This document shows positions 46,144 to 54,957 of a stretch of DNA of 56,727 bases, piece by piece. The DNA lies in the IMG/VR virus record IMGVR_UViG_3300024518_000353, positions 1-56,727 of that record; one strand, 5' to 3'. The notes under the pieces are model-generated. The model was not told the origin of the DNA, made no database searches, and saw only the letters and a list, made by a program, of their open reading frames with translations. Made by a program: the position numbers and the translations under genes. How positions within the stretch are numbered: position 1 is the first letter of the stretch; each line of letters opens with the position of its first letter. This DNA is from a virus (lineage: Duplodnaviria > Caudoviricetes).

Positions 46144-46553
46144 TTTAAATCTACATACTCCTTTATTGTTTTAATATCAAATAGTTTTTGTAAGTTAATC
46201 AAGTACATCTTGGAAGCATTATGGTCACCACCTCTGACTGTAACTTTTTTTTCTAAAGAATTTAAAATCTTTTTTAAGTTATCAGTTTTAAATACTAATG
46301 TTGCATATGTTTCATCACCAACACATAAGTTATGAAACCAGTAGTCAGCTTCAGTTGCAGCAATACCTGAAGGTTTACCCCAACTCTCATACTCAATGGC
46401 TATGTTACCAGTTCGTTTCCAAACATCTCTTTCAGATTTAACTTCAATCTTTTTATCTTGTAACATTTCCTTTACCAGTTCTTCCCTAACCTTACCATAG
46501 GCAAGGTCAAGGTCAAACTTTTTTCTATCTTTTTCTTTAGGACTTAAACTCAT
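46140..46553 (-). CDS. PD-(D/E)XK-like hypothetical nuclease
   Basis: IEVKSE...TGNIAIEY...SGIAATEADYW; start MSLSP at 46553. Confidence 0.65.
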   Translation of the reverse strand: MSLSPKEKDRKKFDLDLAYGKVREELVKEMLQDKKIEVKSERDVWKRTGNIAIEYESWGKPSGIAATEADYWFHNLCVGDETYATLVFKTDNLKKILNSLEKKVTVRGGDHNASKMYLINLQKLFDIKTIKEYVDLK

Positions 46554-48183
46554 TGTTCTCTTCTTCCTTAAAAGGGTTTTCAATTTCTGACAGTCTACCA
46601 TTTTCAGGAGCATAAAGCAAGTAAGAAGCAACACCAGTTGTCCCTGCATACCTATTCTTTAATACTCTAATCGTAGAAGTATTCTTAGCAATCTCATCAT
46701 CATCTTGTTGGTTTCTTTCCATGCCTATAACTGCATCAGATAACTGTGCAATAGCATGTGACCCACGCAAATGGGATAAAGATACTCGTTTACCTTCTTC
46801 ATGACCTTTATCATTATCAAGTCTACGCAAGTGACAAGCAAGTAACATACCTATCTTTGTTTCATGACACAAGCTACGAAGTTTTGTCATAAGAATATCA
46901 ATAGCTTTTCTTTCATTGACATCATCTCTGCCTGATATAATCAAACTTAAATGGTCAACAAATATCCATTTACAATCACAACCCCTAGCCATATAACGAA
47001 TACGATTTATAATATCATCATCAGTCATTGAACCAAAGTGGTCAAACAAAACTAATCGTCTATCACCTTTTAATTCTGAAGACCATTTCTTTAAATCATC
47101 TTGACTTTGTTTCTTCCACTCTTCAGGTTTATGTAGTTCTTTGTTTGCATGTATGCCTACTAAACCTCTGAATGTTCTTTTCTTTTCTTCTTCAAGAAAC
47201 AAAAGACCAATCTTATCTTTAGTTGTTTTCCAAATATGATAAACCAATTCTCTTAATAAACTTGACTTACCCATACCAGTACCTGATGTAAGTGTAACTA
47301 ACTCACCCACTCTCATACCATATAACTTTTTATTAATACCTTCATAAGGATATGGACAAGTATCTATATTTTCTTCAGTCCATAAGTCATCTGCTACATC
47401 ATCAAACATTACAATACCTGCAGGTGTAAATGGTTTTGCGTTCCACCATGCACGATTAAAGTCTTCTCTCTTACCTGTCCTTAGATATTCATTGGCATCT
47501 TTTAAATCAAGATTAACAACTTTACACTTGTTGGGTGAGAATATTTCTGCAACTTTATTTGCATGTTCTCTGCCAATTTCATCATTATCAAAACAAATAA
47601 TAATATTATTAAAGCTATCAAGGTACTCAAAGTTTTGTTTACAATCTCTGACTGCTGAAGCAACTCCATTCTTAATAGATACAGTTGCCCAACGACTACC
47701 CATCATTTCATATACTGCCAAAGCATCACACTCACCTTCAGTAATTGTAATGTACTTCTGTCCTTTGTTAAATAAATGCTGACCAAATAATTCAGACTCA
47801 CCAAAGTTTCCTTGAGCAGTAAATGCTTTAGGTAAAGTTCTAATTTTATTGGCAGTATGTTTGCCACCTGAATTATAGTATGGATAAATATGTTTAGACA
47901 CCATACCATTCTTTGTTATTGTTGTTACCCCAAACTTCTGTGCAGTTTGCAATGAGATATTTCTATCTTGTAATGCAGTTGTTTGTCCTACATATAAGTC
48001 ATTGGAATAACTTTGTTCTTTATTGTCTGTCATTGGTATCACTTCTCCTTCTCCTTTCTCGTAATGATTACAGTCAGGTGTAAAACAATGAGCATGTCCA
48101 TCACTATATCTAGCTAAGTTATTTTGGCTATGACATTTAGGACATTGCTCATGCCTTACAAATTTACTTTCCATTTTTAACAT
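46537..48183 (-). CDS. T7 gp4-like primase-helicase
   Basis: Zn finger CPKC...CF..C, TOPRIM EGECD/FDND, Walker A GTGMGKS, DHL, LRGS and KNRY. Confidence 0.95.
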   Translation of the reverse strand: MLKMESKFVRHEQCPKCHSQNNLARYSDGHAHCFTPDCNHYEKGEGEVIPMTDNKEQSYSNDLYVGQTTALQDRNISLQTAQKFGVTTITKNGMVSKHIYPYYNSGGKHTANKIRTLPKAFTAQGNFGESELFGQHLFNKGQKYITITEGECDALAVYEMMGSRWATVSIKNGVASAVRDCKQNFEYLDSFNNIIICFDNDEIGREHANKVAEIFSPNKCKVVNLDLKDANEYLRTGKREDFNRAWWNAKPFTPAGIVMFDDVADDLWTEENIDTCPYPYEGINKKLYGMRVGELVTLTSGTGMGKSSLLRELVYHIWKTTKDKIGLLFLEEEKKRTFRGLVGIHANKELHKPEEWKKQSQDDLKKWSSELKGDRRLVLFDHFGSMTDDDIINRIRYMARGCDCKWIFVDHLSLIISGRDDVNERKAIDILMTKLRSLCHETKIGMLLACHLRRLDNDKGHEEGKRVSLSHLRGSHAIAQLSDAVIGMERNQQDDDEIAKNTSTIRVLKNRYAGTTGVASYLLYAPENGRLSEIENPFKEEENNEFKS

Positions 48184-48276
48184 ATACCTTTCCTTTTAAA
48201 AAAATAAAGTTCCATAAAAAATTATTAGTCCAATTAATATAAATATTTTTGTAAAAAATTCTTCCATGTTTACTCC

Positions 48277-48579
48277 TTAATGTAGTTTAGTACCATCATT
48301 TTTTTTCATATGTATAAAGTTAAATAGTTTATCTTCTTCAGTTTGTGGCTCACCTAATTCTAAAGCAATTAGTTCTTGAGCAGTATCATTTAATGCGTTC
48401 TGCATTGTAAGATAACCATAGAAATCTTTTTCAGCTTTCATAATTGCTGTAATAAATAATGCTCTTGCCATTAGATATAATGTTTCAGGTGAATCATATT
48501 TCAATACCATTTCCATAACTACTTTATGGAATGATTGTATTACTTCTGCCTTTTGTTTAGGTGTAAGATTAAGTATCAT
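48277..48579 (-). CDS. Hypothetical protein
   Basis: ORF with RBS in the co-directional gene array. Confidence 0.65.
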   Translation of the reverse strand: MILNLTPKQKAEVIQSFHKVVMEMVLKYDSPETLYLMARALFITAIMKAEKDFYGYLTMQNALNDTAQELIALELGEPQTEEDKLFNFIHMKKNDGTKLH

Positions 48580-48727
48580 TCTTGTTTTGTCCTTCCATTA
48601 AATCTATGAAGCCATTAATATCTTCAAGAGAAACTTTTTTAATATTAGTTTCACCTGATACACTTAATATAGTTGACATCATTGATGTAGGTATTTCTTC
48701 GTATGTTTTATATTTAGGTATGGTCAT
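48569..48727 (-). CDS. Hypothetical 52-aa protein
   Basis: MTIPKYKTYEE...; GGGG RBS; not in the track. Confidence 0.55.
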   Translation of the reverse strand: MTIPKYKTYEEIPTSMMSTILSVSGETNIKKVSLEDINGFIDLMEGQNKNDT

Positions 48728-49004
48728 TGTCCCCTTCCTTAAATCCTTTCATGATTAATTGTTTTCTATTTTGTTCATCATTATAAACTTGATTAATTAA
48801 TTTGTCAAGATACCATCTTGCTTTTCTTAAATCTTCAAGTGGATTACCTTTGTAATCATATCTCCAAAGATACTTAACAACATTTGCTTTTAAGTACCCT
48901 AGAAATTCTTTGTCTGACATTGATGCTTCAATAGCTTGAATACATTCAATGCCATGCTTATTGTAGTGTCTAGGATTATTTACATTATCATATTGTTCAG
49001 TCAT
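48714..49004 (-). CDS. DUF3310 (T7 gp1.7-like nucleotide kinase domain)
   Basis: DNVNNPRHY...IECIQAI...NVVKYLWRY..K...EDLRKARWYL. Confidence 0.85.
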   Translation of the reverse strand: MTEQYDNVNNPRHYNKHGIECIQAIEASMSDKEFLGYLKANVVKYLWRYDYKGNPLEDLRKARWYLDKLINQVYNDEQNRKQLIMKGFKEGDNDHT

Positions 49005-49018
49005 ATTTTTCCTTTCTT

Positions 49019-49177
49019 TTAAACAACTTTACATATTAACATTTGTGGGTGTATATTACTTTTATAACATACTTCTTCTGGTGCTTTAAGTTTTTTATTT
49101 GCACACCCAGTTATAAATAATATAATAAATATTAGCATCAATATAATTGCACAAAGTTTAGCTTTATCTTTTGCCAT
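49019..49177 (-). CDS. Putative 52-aa lipoprotein
   Basis: Basic N-terminus, hydrophobic core, lipobox-like ITGC; not in the track. Confidence 0.55.
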   Translation of the reverse strand: MAKDKAKLCAIILMLIFIILFITGCANKKLKAPEEVCYKSNIHPQMLICKVV

Positions 49178-49442
49178 AATAAGTTAACTCCTTTTTTTTC
49201 TTTTTAGGTTTATATCTATTTTGTATAGATGAGTATAAATGTCCATAAGTTTTATCTTTTCTTTTTTCAAAGAAAGTTTTTGGGTATTCACAAGAAATTC
49301 TTTCAATACTAATCTCATCAGGTTGGGCATCAACTATTTTTTGCACTTGTTTTTCACACTCCCTATAAACTTTAGGTATTACTTTTTGATATAATCTATT
49401 GTTATATTCAAACCAGATTGTTATAAAAAATACATCAAACAT
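49164..49442 (-). CDS. Hypothetical protein
   Basis: Hydrophobic N-terminus, 2 Cys. Confidence 0.6.
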   Translation of the reverse strand: MFDVFFITIWFEYNNRLYQKVIPKVYRECEKQVQKIVDAQPDEISIERISCEYPKTFFEKRKDKTYGHLYSSIQNRYKPKKKKKELTYYGKR

Positions 49443-49443
49443 T

Positions 49444-49731
49444 TTATTCCCTTATAGGTACAACACAATTAGGTTGAATGATAACTGGTTTAGGTACTGG
49501 GTCAGGCATATTTATATTTGTAATATATCTTTGTCTAGCCAAATGATGTACCCACCCAATACACATATAACCTGAATAAGATAATTTCTTTCTATCCATA
49601 TTTAATTTTTTAAACTCTTCTTCAGCTATTACTTTTACTTTATTACAGTCAGGTAATTGCTTAACAAACTTTTCAACATCACCAGTAGGTGAAGAGAAAG
49701 TTAAATACAATGCAAAGATTTCTTTTATCAT
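49444..49731 (-). CDS. Hypothetical protein
   Basis: Hydrophobic N-terminus, 3 Cys. Confidence 0.6.
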   Translation of the reverse strand: MIKEIFALYLTFSSPTGDVEKFVKQLPDCNKVKVIAEEEFKKLNMDRKKLSYSGYMCIGWVHHLARQRYITNINMPDPVPKPVIIQPNCVVPIRE

Positions 49732-49943
49732 TTGTCAAGTTCCTTTGTCACACATTTTTGTTTATAAAAAACATTACCTAGTAATGTGATACTGGCATTG
49801 CCTGAGTCAGCTTTAGTCTTTCCAACATATTCCCAACGACAATTCATAGTCTTGTTATTGTTTGCTCGTTGATAAAAAAAGTCAATGTTATCAAGGGTAT
49901 AGATGTTAAATATTATACCAAATATTAATGTTTCAACTCCCAT
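49728..49943 (-). CDS. Hypothetical protein
   Basis: Hydrophobic N-terminus, 2 Cys; AAGG RBS. Confidence 0.6.
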   Translation of the reverse strand: MGVETLIFGIIFNIYTLDNIDFFYQRANNNKTMNCRWEYVGKTKADSGNASITLLGNVFYKQKCVTKELDK

Positions 49944-49961
49944 TTATTTTCCTTTCTATTA

Positions 49962-50381
49962 TTAATATACATATACAACTTGTGGTAGTGGTGTATGGTC
50001 ACTCCTTCTGTCCACATGGATAAAAGTTTTAGCAACACCTACAGTCCAACCCAAATCTATTGCTCGTTTAATTAAATCTTTTCTAAAGACTGAATTAGGT
50101 ATAGCAATATCAACTGCACAAGTATCTGTGTCCCATTTATCATTACCAATTTTATGGAATGAGTTAGGACTTGCAGGATAACCACGATTTCTTAACCAGT
50201 CATTGTGTTCTTGTGAACGACAACAAGAAGTTATCTGTAATGGTTCACCTACATTCTCTCTTAAATTTATTAAACAATTTAAGAAACCTTTTTGTAAAAT
50301 AATATCCTTTGAAGTAGGACATTGTAATTCTTTTTCACTAAAGTATTTATTATCATAGTAGTTAAGTCTTTCTTTCATCAT
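49962..50381 (-). CDS. Peptidase M15 family endolysin
   Basis: ITSCCRS..HN, SFH, AVDI and FIHVD Zn-peptidase motifs. Confidence 0.85.
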   Translation of the reverse strand: MMKERLNYYDNKYFSEKELQCPTSKDIILQKGFLNCLINLRENVGEPLQITSCCRSQEHNDWLRNRGYPASPNSFHKIGNDKWDTDTCAVDIAIPNSVFRKDLIKRAIDLGWTVGVAKTFIHVDRRSDHTPLPQVVYVY

Positions 50382-50514
50382 CTAGTTCCTTCCTTAACTC
50401 TTTAATTCTTTTATAAGAAGTATAAAGTTGTTTAGTTAATGTTTGTATTTCTTTTATATATAAGTTTTTATTTATCATTTTTTTTATTTACCTTTCATAA
50501 AGGTTTATAAAACA

Positions 50515-50544
50515 ATTATACACCCTTCTCGTTTCTTATGTCAA
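50515..50544 (-). promoter_or_regulatory. sigma70 promoter
   Basis: Minus strand TTGACA-18 bp-TATAAT. Confidence 0.65.
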
Positions 50545-50598
50545 ACTAAAAGTGCAATAGTCAAATTACTGACACAATTTGTTGTATGATTACAACAG

Positions 50599-50895
50599 TT
50601 ATTTTTTCTTTCTCCAATCTCTTTTGTCACCTCTTGGTGTTTGTATTTGTTTCTCACAAGCATAGCCACTATGTGTAGTGATAACCATTTTTTCTTTATC
50701 AGTACAAGTATAATAACATTTAACTCCATCTTCACCTTGAAATAGTTTTTTTTCTTTTGTTAATCTACAAGTCACAAAGTATTGGTTTCGTTCATCATAA
50801 AGTTTACCTTTACCAGTCCACTTATAACTCCAACTCTTTGCATCAACAACCAAAGATAAGTATATTATAATAGTTAATATAATTTTACTCATCAT
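50599..50895 (-). CDS. Secreted Cys-rich small protein
   Basis: Signal peptide ending VDA, 4 Cys. Confidence 0.6.
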   Translation of the reverse strand: MMSKIILTIIIYLSLVVDAKSWSYKWTGKGKLYDERNQYFVTCRLTKEKKLFQGEDGVKCYYTCTDKEKMVITTHSGYACEKQIQTPRGDKRDWRKKK

Positions 50896-51142
50896 ATGTT
50901 TCCATATAAAGTTCTATCTCTTCAGGTGTCATAAGATTGACAAGTATTGGTGTGTCTTCACCTATGTACGCACCTTCAATGTTAAAGTCTACAAATTCTT
51001 TTGCATCTTCATAAGACATATCGTCCCTTCTAACTAATTTAGTTATCATTCTGTGCTTATCATATATAAATACATCTAACATACCACTGCGTGTACCTAC
51101 ACCTATGATACAGTCATCATAATCGTCCCATATTTTCATCAC
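50885..51142 (-). CDS. Conserved hypothetical phage protein
   Basis: DDCIIGV...DFNIEGAYIGEDTP. Confidence 0.7.
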   Translation of the reverse strand: MMKIWDDYDDCIIGVGTRSGMLDVFIYDKHRMITKLVRRDDMSYEDAKEFVDFNIEGAYIGEDTPILVNLMTPEEIELYMETYDE

Positions 51143-51435
51143 TCAATCCTTTCTTTTATTGCAAGTTGTCGTAGCCATTCATTGCCACCAAAAGGGAAAG
51201 CTATAAAACATTCGTACAAAAACTCTGCTTGTTTTATACTTATGCTTTTAGTAGACACAACACTAATATCTCTATAGTCATCTTGCTCACCACCATTGCC
51301 ATCTTCTATGGAATCAGGAAACATATCTCTGATTAGTTCTTTCTTATCTCTCACATCAGTATCATCTTGATGTATGAGATAGTCATTGTACTCATTGAAA
51401 CCATCAATGATTTTATATTGTACTAATATTGGCAT
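51139..51435 (-). CDS. Hypothetical early protein
   Basis: GAAAGGAG RBS. Confidence 0.65.
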   Translation of the reverse strand: MPILVQYKIIDGFNEYNDYLIHQDDTDVRDKKELIRDMFPDSIEDGNGGEQDDYRDISVVSTKSISIKQAEFLYECFIAFPFGGNEWLRQLAIKERIE

Positions 51436-51599
51436 TACTTACTCCTTTCTATTACTTCAAGATGATTAACGAGCATATCCAAACCATCACACACACCTTT
51501 ATATTCTGCTTGTGTTTGGCTATCATTAACCCATTCATCATCAGATTTAATATCTATTACTATATTTTTTATTCGTTCTAGTGTTATAGGTTTACTCAT
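51435..51599 (-). CDS. Hypothetical 54-aa early protein
   Basis: MSKPITLERI...; coupled to its neighbours; not in the track. Confidence 0.55.
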   Translation of the reverse strand: MSKPITLERIKNIVIDIKSDDEWVNDSQTQAEYKGVCDGLDMLVNHLEVIERSK

Positions 51600-51768
51600 C
51601 TCTCATCTCCTCAATCATTGCATCAATTTCTTCTGCACAGAAACCACAGACCCAACCTTCAACATAACCATCATCTCTAGGGTATCTATTAACAAATCTA
51701 CCACTACCAAAGTGGCAAGGTTTATCACACTCTACACATATTTGTGAATCAAATAAATCTTTACTCAT
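51592..51768 (-). CDS. Small Zn-finger protein
   Basis: CVEC...CGFC; start MSKDL after GAGGA. Confidence 0.65.
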   Translation of the reverse strand: MSKDLFDSQICVECDKPCHFGSGRFVNRYPRDDGYVEGWVCGFCAEEIDAMIEEMRDE

Positions 51769-51882
51769 CACTATCCTCCTCTCTTTCATCTGCATCATCA
51801 ATGATATATTTGTAATGTTTAGGTAGATTGAGAACATCAACAACGCAACCTCCTTCAACTTTAATTATTATTTCTTTACTCA

Positions 51883-52185
51883 TCACTCATCTCCTTTCTC
51901 GTACTCTATTTGTTCTTGCAATGTGTAATTCATTGCAGTTAATAATATATGTTGAGCAGACGCAGTTGAAGGTGCAGTATCGTGTATGAATTGAGCAGAT
52001 GTATCTGCTAAAGCATACGCAATGTCAAAGCTATGCGTCTTTCTTTTGATATGTTTGTTAATTACTTTCTCTAAGTCTTTAGCTACAATGTCTATACCAA
52101 ACTCTGCATCTATAACTTTTTCTTTTTGTTTCTTTCTATGTTTAGAAAGCATTCGTTTAGTTTTAAAATCAATTACTTCAGTCAT
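51883..52185 (-). CDS. Hypothetical early protein
   Basis: GAAAGGAG RBS; VIDFK N-terminus. Confidence 0.65.
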   Translation of the reverse strand: MTEVIDFKTKRMLSKHRKKQKEKVIDAEFGIDIVAKDLEKVINKHIKRKTHSFDIAYALADTSAQFIHDTAPSTASAQHILLTAMNYTLQEQIEYEKGDE

Positions 52186-52187
52186 AG

Positions 52188-52397
52188 TTATACTCCTTTC
52201 TTTAGTTTGTCTATTACTTCAGGTGTTTGTTCAACAATAGATTCTATTTGTTCATCTTGAACATCAGTAGGATTACCAAAGTTTAATTCATCATAATCCC
52301 CTGCCCAAACTTTTTCTTCAGCTTCTTCTTCAGAGTCAGCTTCTACTATGCATTGCCATTCAGCATTAGCATAGGTTGTCACAAGATATTTTTTCAT
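52188..52397 (-). CDS. Hypothetical acidic early protein
   Basis: MKKYLV...VEADSEEEAEEK. Confidence 0.65.
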   Translation of the reverse strand: MKKYLVTTYANAEWQCIVEADSEEEAEEKVWAGDYDELNFGNPTDVQDEQIESIVEQTPEVIDKLKKGV

Positions 52398-52603
52398 TAG
52401 TCTTTTCCTTTCTGCCATTTATATATTAATGCTAATAATAAATCAGCACAATCTTGTCTACCATATTGAATGAAATCATCTTTGTTTTCACAAAAATTTT
52501 TATCATACAGTTCAGTTCTATCTATTTCGTTTCGCAACCATAATTTTATTTTATCTAAAACTATGGTTTCTTCTTCTATTAATTTATTATTTGATATATT
52601 CAT
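52397..52603 (-). CDS. Hypothetical early protein
   Basis: GAAAGGAG RBS. Confidence 0.6.
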   Translation of the reverse strand: MNISNNKLIEEETIVLDKIKLWLRNEIDRTELYDKNFCENKDDFIQYGRQDCADLLLALIYKWQKGKD

Positions 52604-52605
52604 AG

Positions 52606-52815
52606 CTATACTCCTTTCATTTTAGTTAGTGTATCATAGATACTTGGATTCTCCAAGATAAATTCTTCACCATCTTGATAAAATGTAATCTCTTCATTAT
52701 CGTAGGCATCATCAATGATGAACTCGTCCACACCCATATCAAGCAACTGATTCTCAGTCATTTGTTTGCGTGTTTCTTCTGCCACATTTATTAATATAAA
52801 CTTTTTATTATTCAT
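52606..52815 (-). CDS. Hypothetical acidic early protein
   Basis: GAAAGGAG RBS. Confidence 0.65.
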   Translation of the reverse strand: MNNKKFILINVAEETRKQMTENQLLDMGVDEFIIDDAYDNEEITFYQDGEEFILENPSIYDTLTKMKGV

Positions 52816-52829
52816 AGCTTTACTCCTTT

Positions 52830-53138
52830 CTAATCTAAATTATTATTTATAAACCAATCATTCACATAACCTTTGGAGGGATAATTTGAAATACTTTCTT
52901 CATCATCATCAAAGGCAGAACAATCAAACCAGTCTATCATTTTATATCTTGGTTTAATGTGGCAGAACATTCTAGAATAAATTCTAATGTGGCAGTAATC
53001 TACTGCTTTGAATTCTTCTAATGCTTTATGATAATTCTTAGTTTTACCATAATATTCGTTTGGTTCATCTGCACTAGCAAAAGATAATAAATGATTATCT
53101 TTGATTGCTTGTTTTATTAATTGTTTAGTCATAGTCAT
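52830..53138 (-). CDS. Hypothetical early protein
   Basis: GAAAGGA RBS. Confidence 0.6.
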   Translation of the reverse strand: MTMTKQLIKQAIKDNHLLSFASADEPNEYYGKTKNYHKALEEFKAVDYCHIRIYSRMFCHIKPRYKMIDWFDCSAFDDDEESISNYPSKGYVNDWFINNNLD

Positions 53139-53225
53139 AGTCCTTTCTATATTGGTAGCACTTGGTTGCTATGCCATAAGGCATACATAGCTAGACCAAA
53201 TGCTAATATTAATTTTAATAAAAAT

Positions 53226-53531
53226 CTATCTTCCATAGATAGACTCCTTTGCCTTTTCAATAAAGGCATATTCTTTTTTCCATTCATCTGTACCTGCTAT
53301 TAGTTCGTGATAGCTTACCACATCTTTAACATAGATGTCGCCATACTCCCACGAACCATAGGTATAAGGTGAACGACTCGCAACATACCACCTAGCATAT
53401 TGATTCTTACTTTCATTTTCTTTTGTCTGATAAGTTTTTAAAACTCTATGCTCAAAGTTTGTTGCTTCATTTTTATAGACTGCATAAGGTGAATCCACCT
53501 TTACAGTCTTACCAAATTTATTTTTTGCCAT
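53226..53531 (-). CDS. Conserved hypothetical early protein
   Basis: RVLKTYQ...YARWYVASRSPYTYGSWEYGDIY. Confidence 0.7.
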   Translation of the reverse strand: MAKNKFGKTVKVDSPYAVYKNEATNFEHRVLKTYQTKENESKNQYARWYVASRSPYTYGSWEYGDIYVKDVVSYHELIAGTDEWKKEYAFIEKAKESIYGR

Positions 53532-53685
53532 TGATTAACTCCAAAAAGTTTTTTGCCAGAGAGTATCTACCTTGTTTCCACTCTCTTATCAGTTCATTAT
53601 TAACTGGTGGGTCTGTCTTATCATTTTCAAGGATAACTTCACACCAAATTTTTATATCTTTAAGTTTATATTCTGCGTCTATCAT
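53518..53685 (-). CDS. Hypothetical 55-aa early protein
   Basis: MIDAEYKLKD...; fills a gap; not in the track. Confidence 0.5.
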   Translation of the reverse strand: MIDAEYKLKDIKIWCEVILENDKTDPPVNNELIREWKQGRYSLAKNFLELINGKK

Positions 53686-53918
53686 TTTCTTTTTCGTCCT
53701 TTCTTTCTTTTGCGTTTAAGTTTAGGTTTCATTTTAATATTATTAAAATGTTTGTCAAGTTTTTTAAAGAAACTATCATTAATAATTTCATTTAATTGTT
53801 GGCAGACATTTGTAGGTAGGTCTGAGCTTCCATATAACTTTATGGAACTACTCATCATCACGCACTCCACACCTAGCCATAATGTGTGACCTTGCGTCTT
53901 CTCTTTTGTGATAGCCAA
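53682..53918 (-). CDS. Hypothetical protein with basic C-terminus
   Basis: True start probably at the internal MM near 53855. Confidence 0.45.
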   Translation of the reverse strand: MAITKEKTQGHTLWLGVECVMMSSSIKLYGSSDLPTNVCQQLNEIINDSFFKKLDKHFNNIKMKPKLKRKRKKGRKRK

Positions 53919-54033
53919 ACTTTTTAACTACCTTTGTGAGAATATCTGACATTGCCCAACCCCTAATCTTAGGGTCAGCTTTGCCTTGAGCCATTAGTTG
54001 CTCAATATATTTATATAATAATTCATTATTCAT
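53848..54033 (-). CDS. Hypothetical early protein
   Basis: GAAAGGA RBS. Confidence 0.6.
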   Translation of the reverse strand: MNNELLYKYIEQLMAQGKADPKIRGWAMSDILTKVVKKFGYHKREDARSHIMARCGVRDDE

Positions 54034-54056
54034 TTTATTTTTTCCTTTCTTTTTTA

Positions 54057-54398
54057 TTAGTATGGTAGTTCGCTTTGTCGTAGTTCCTGAACATCTTCTT
54101 CAAGAATGTCGTGTAAATATTTATCTGCAAATTCATCAAAGTATTCTGCTTCTTCAGAAAGCATTTGGTATTTACCAATAGGCACTTCATACATATGCCA
54201 TACTGTGTCTTTGATTTTTTCAAAGAGTGCAGTAATTACTTTATCATCTGAAGCGAAGTCTTCAAAGTTAAATTTAGTTAGTGGTTCATTGTCGTATGTA
54301 AAACTTTGTAAAGTTTCATCATACAATCTAGAAAGATGATACTCCATTTCAGAGTACATTTTTTCTTGCATTATTAAATGTTGATTTGACATAGTCAA
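54057..54398 (-). CDS. Hypothetical acidic early protein
   Basis: GAAAGGAG RBS; very D/E-rich. Confidence 0.65.
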   Translation of the reverse strand: MTMSNQHLIMQEKMYSEMEYHLSRLYDETLQSFTYDNEPLTKFNFEDFASDDKVITALFEKIKDTVWHMYEVPIGKYQMLSEEAEYFDEFADKYLHDILEEDVQELRQSELPY

Positions 54399-54414
54399 AC
54401 TCCTTTCTTTGTTG

Positions 54415-54558
54415 TTATTCTATTGCTTCTAAAAGTTTTTCCAAAGGTGAACCTTTGAACTTTTTAGAAGTAAAAGTTTCCATTGGAAGACCCTTGTAAA
54501 CAAGGGCTTTCAAATGTTTATGTTGACTACTCGTCAACTGTATGTGTTTGTATATCAT
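54415..54558 (-). CDS. Hypothetical 47-aa early protein
   Basis: MIYKHIQLTS...; not in the track. Confidence 0.55.
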   Translation of the reverse strand: MIYKHIQLTSSQHKHLKALVYKGLPMETFTSKKFKGSPLEKLLEAIE

Positions 54559-54559
54559 T

Positions 54560-54736
54560 TTATTTTACTACCTTTCTTAATAGATGTATAAAATCTAATT
54601 CTTTTACATCTATAAATTGTTGTTTACTTTCACTAAACACTTTACCATTTTTTAGTATTTCAACTATGTCTTTTGGTAAAGGTTTATTTTGTTTATGAGT
54701 ATTTAAAACAAATTTTATTAAGTTTTTTATTTTCAT
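54560..54736 (-). CDS. Hypothetical 58-aa early protein
   Basis: MKIKNLIKFV...; GAAAGGA RBS downstream of a promoter; not in the track. Confidence 0.6.
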   Translation of the reverse strand: MKIKNLIKFVLNTHKQNKPLPKDIVEILKNGKVFSESKQQFIDVKELDFIHLLRKVVK

Positions 54737-54774
54737 TTTTCTTTTTCCTTTCTTTGTTTGTTGTTTATAATACC

Positions 54775-54803
54775 ATAGTAATCAAGACTTTTTGAATTGT
54801 CAA
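54775..54803 (-). promoter_or_regulatory. sigma70 early promoter
   Basis: Minus strand TTGACA-17 bp-TACTAT. Confidence 0.7.
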
Positions 54804-54870
54804 ATGTTTTTTTATTTTTTTTATATTTTATTTCTTTATATTAATTTATTTTATTATTCATAAAATCTAT

Positions 54871-54885
54871 GTTCTACCTTTGTTC
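54871..54885. promoter_or_regulatory. Alphaproteobacterial-type LexA box 1
   Basis: GTTC-TACCTTT-GTTC (GTTC-N7-GTTC), in the spacer of a minus-strand TTGACA-18 bp-TAGATT promoter (54864-54893). Confidence 0.65.
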
Positions 54886-54887
54886 TA

Positions 54888-54903
54888 TGTCAAAAGATTG
54901 ACA
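54888..54903. repeat. Palindromic TGTCAA-N4-TTGACA site, copy 2
   Basis: Exact reverse complement of 441-456. Confidence 0.85.
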
Positions 54904-54910
54904 ATTAAAT

Positions 54911-54947
54911 GTTTTACTTTTGTTTTACCTTTGTTCTACTTTTGTTC
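54911..54947. promoter_or_regulatory. 11-bp-period GTTY array including LexA box 2
   Basis: Half-sites at 54911, 54922, 54933 and 54944; 54933-54947 is a perfect GTTC-N7-GTTC. Confidence 0.65.
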
Positions 54948-54957
54948 TTATTTTTCC

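Noticed and set aside
46554-46649. Extended start of the 169-aa ORF
   Set aside because: Lies inside the helicase gene; the RBS favours ATG 46553
51441-54408. Repeated ACTCCTTTC word
   Set aside because: It is the strong Shine-Dalgarno GAAAGGAG(T) of minus-strand early genes
54871-54947. Short repeats as a mini-CRISPR array
   Set aside because: 11-bp period with no unique spacers and no cas operon; the Cas4-like gene sits in the replication module as an ordinary phage exonuclease
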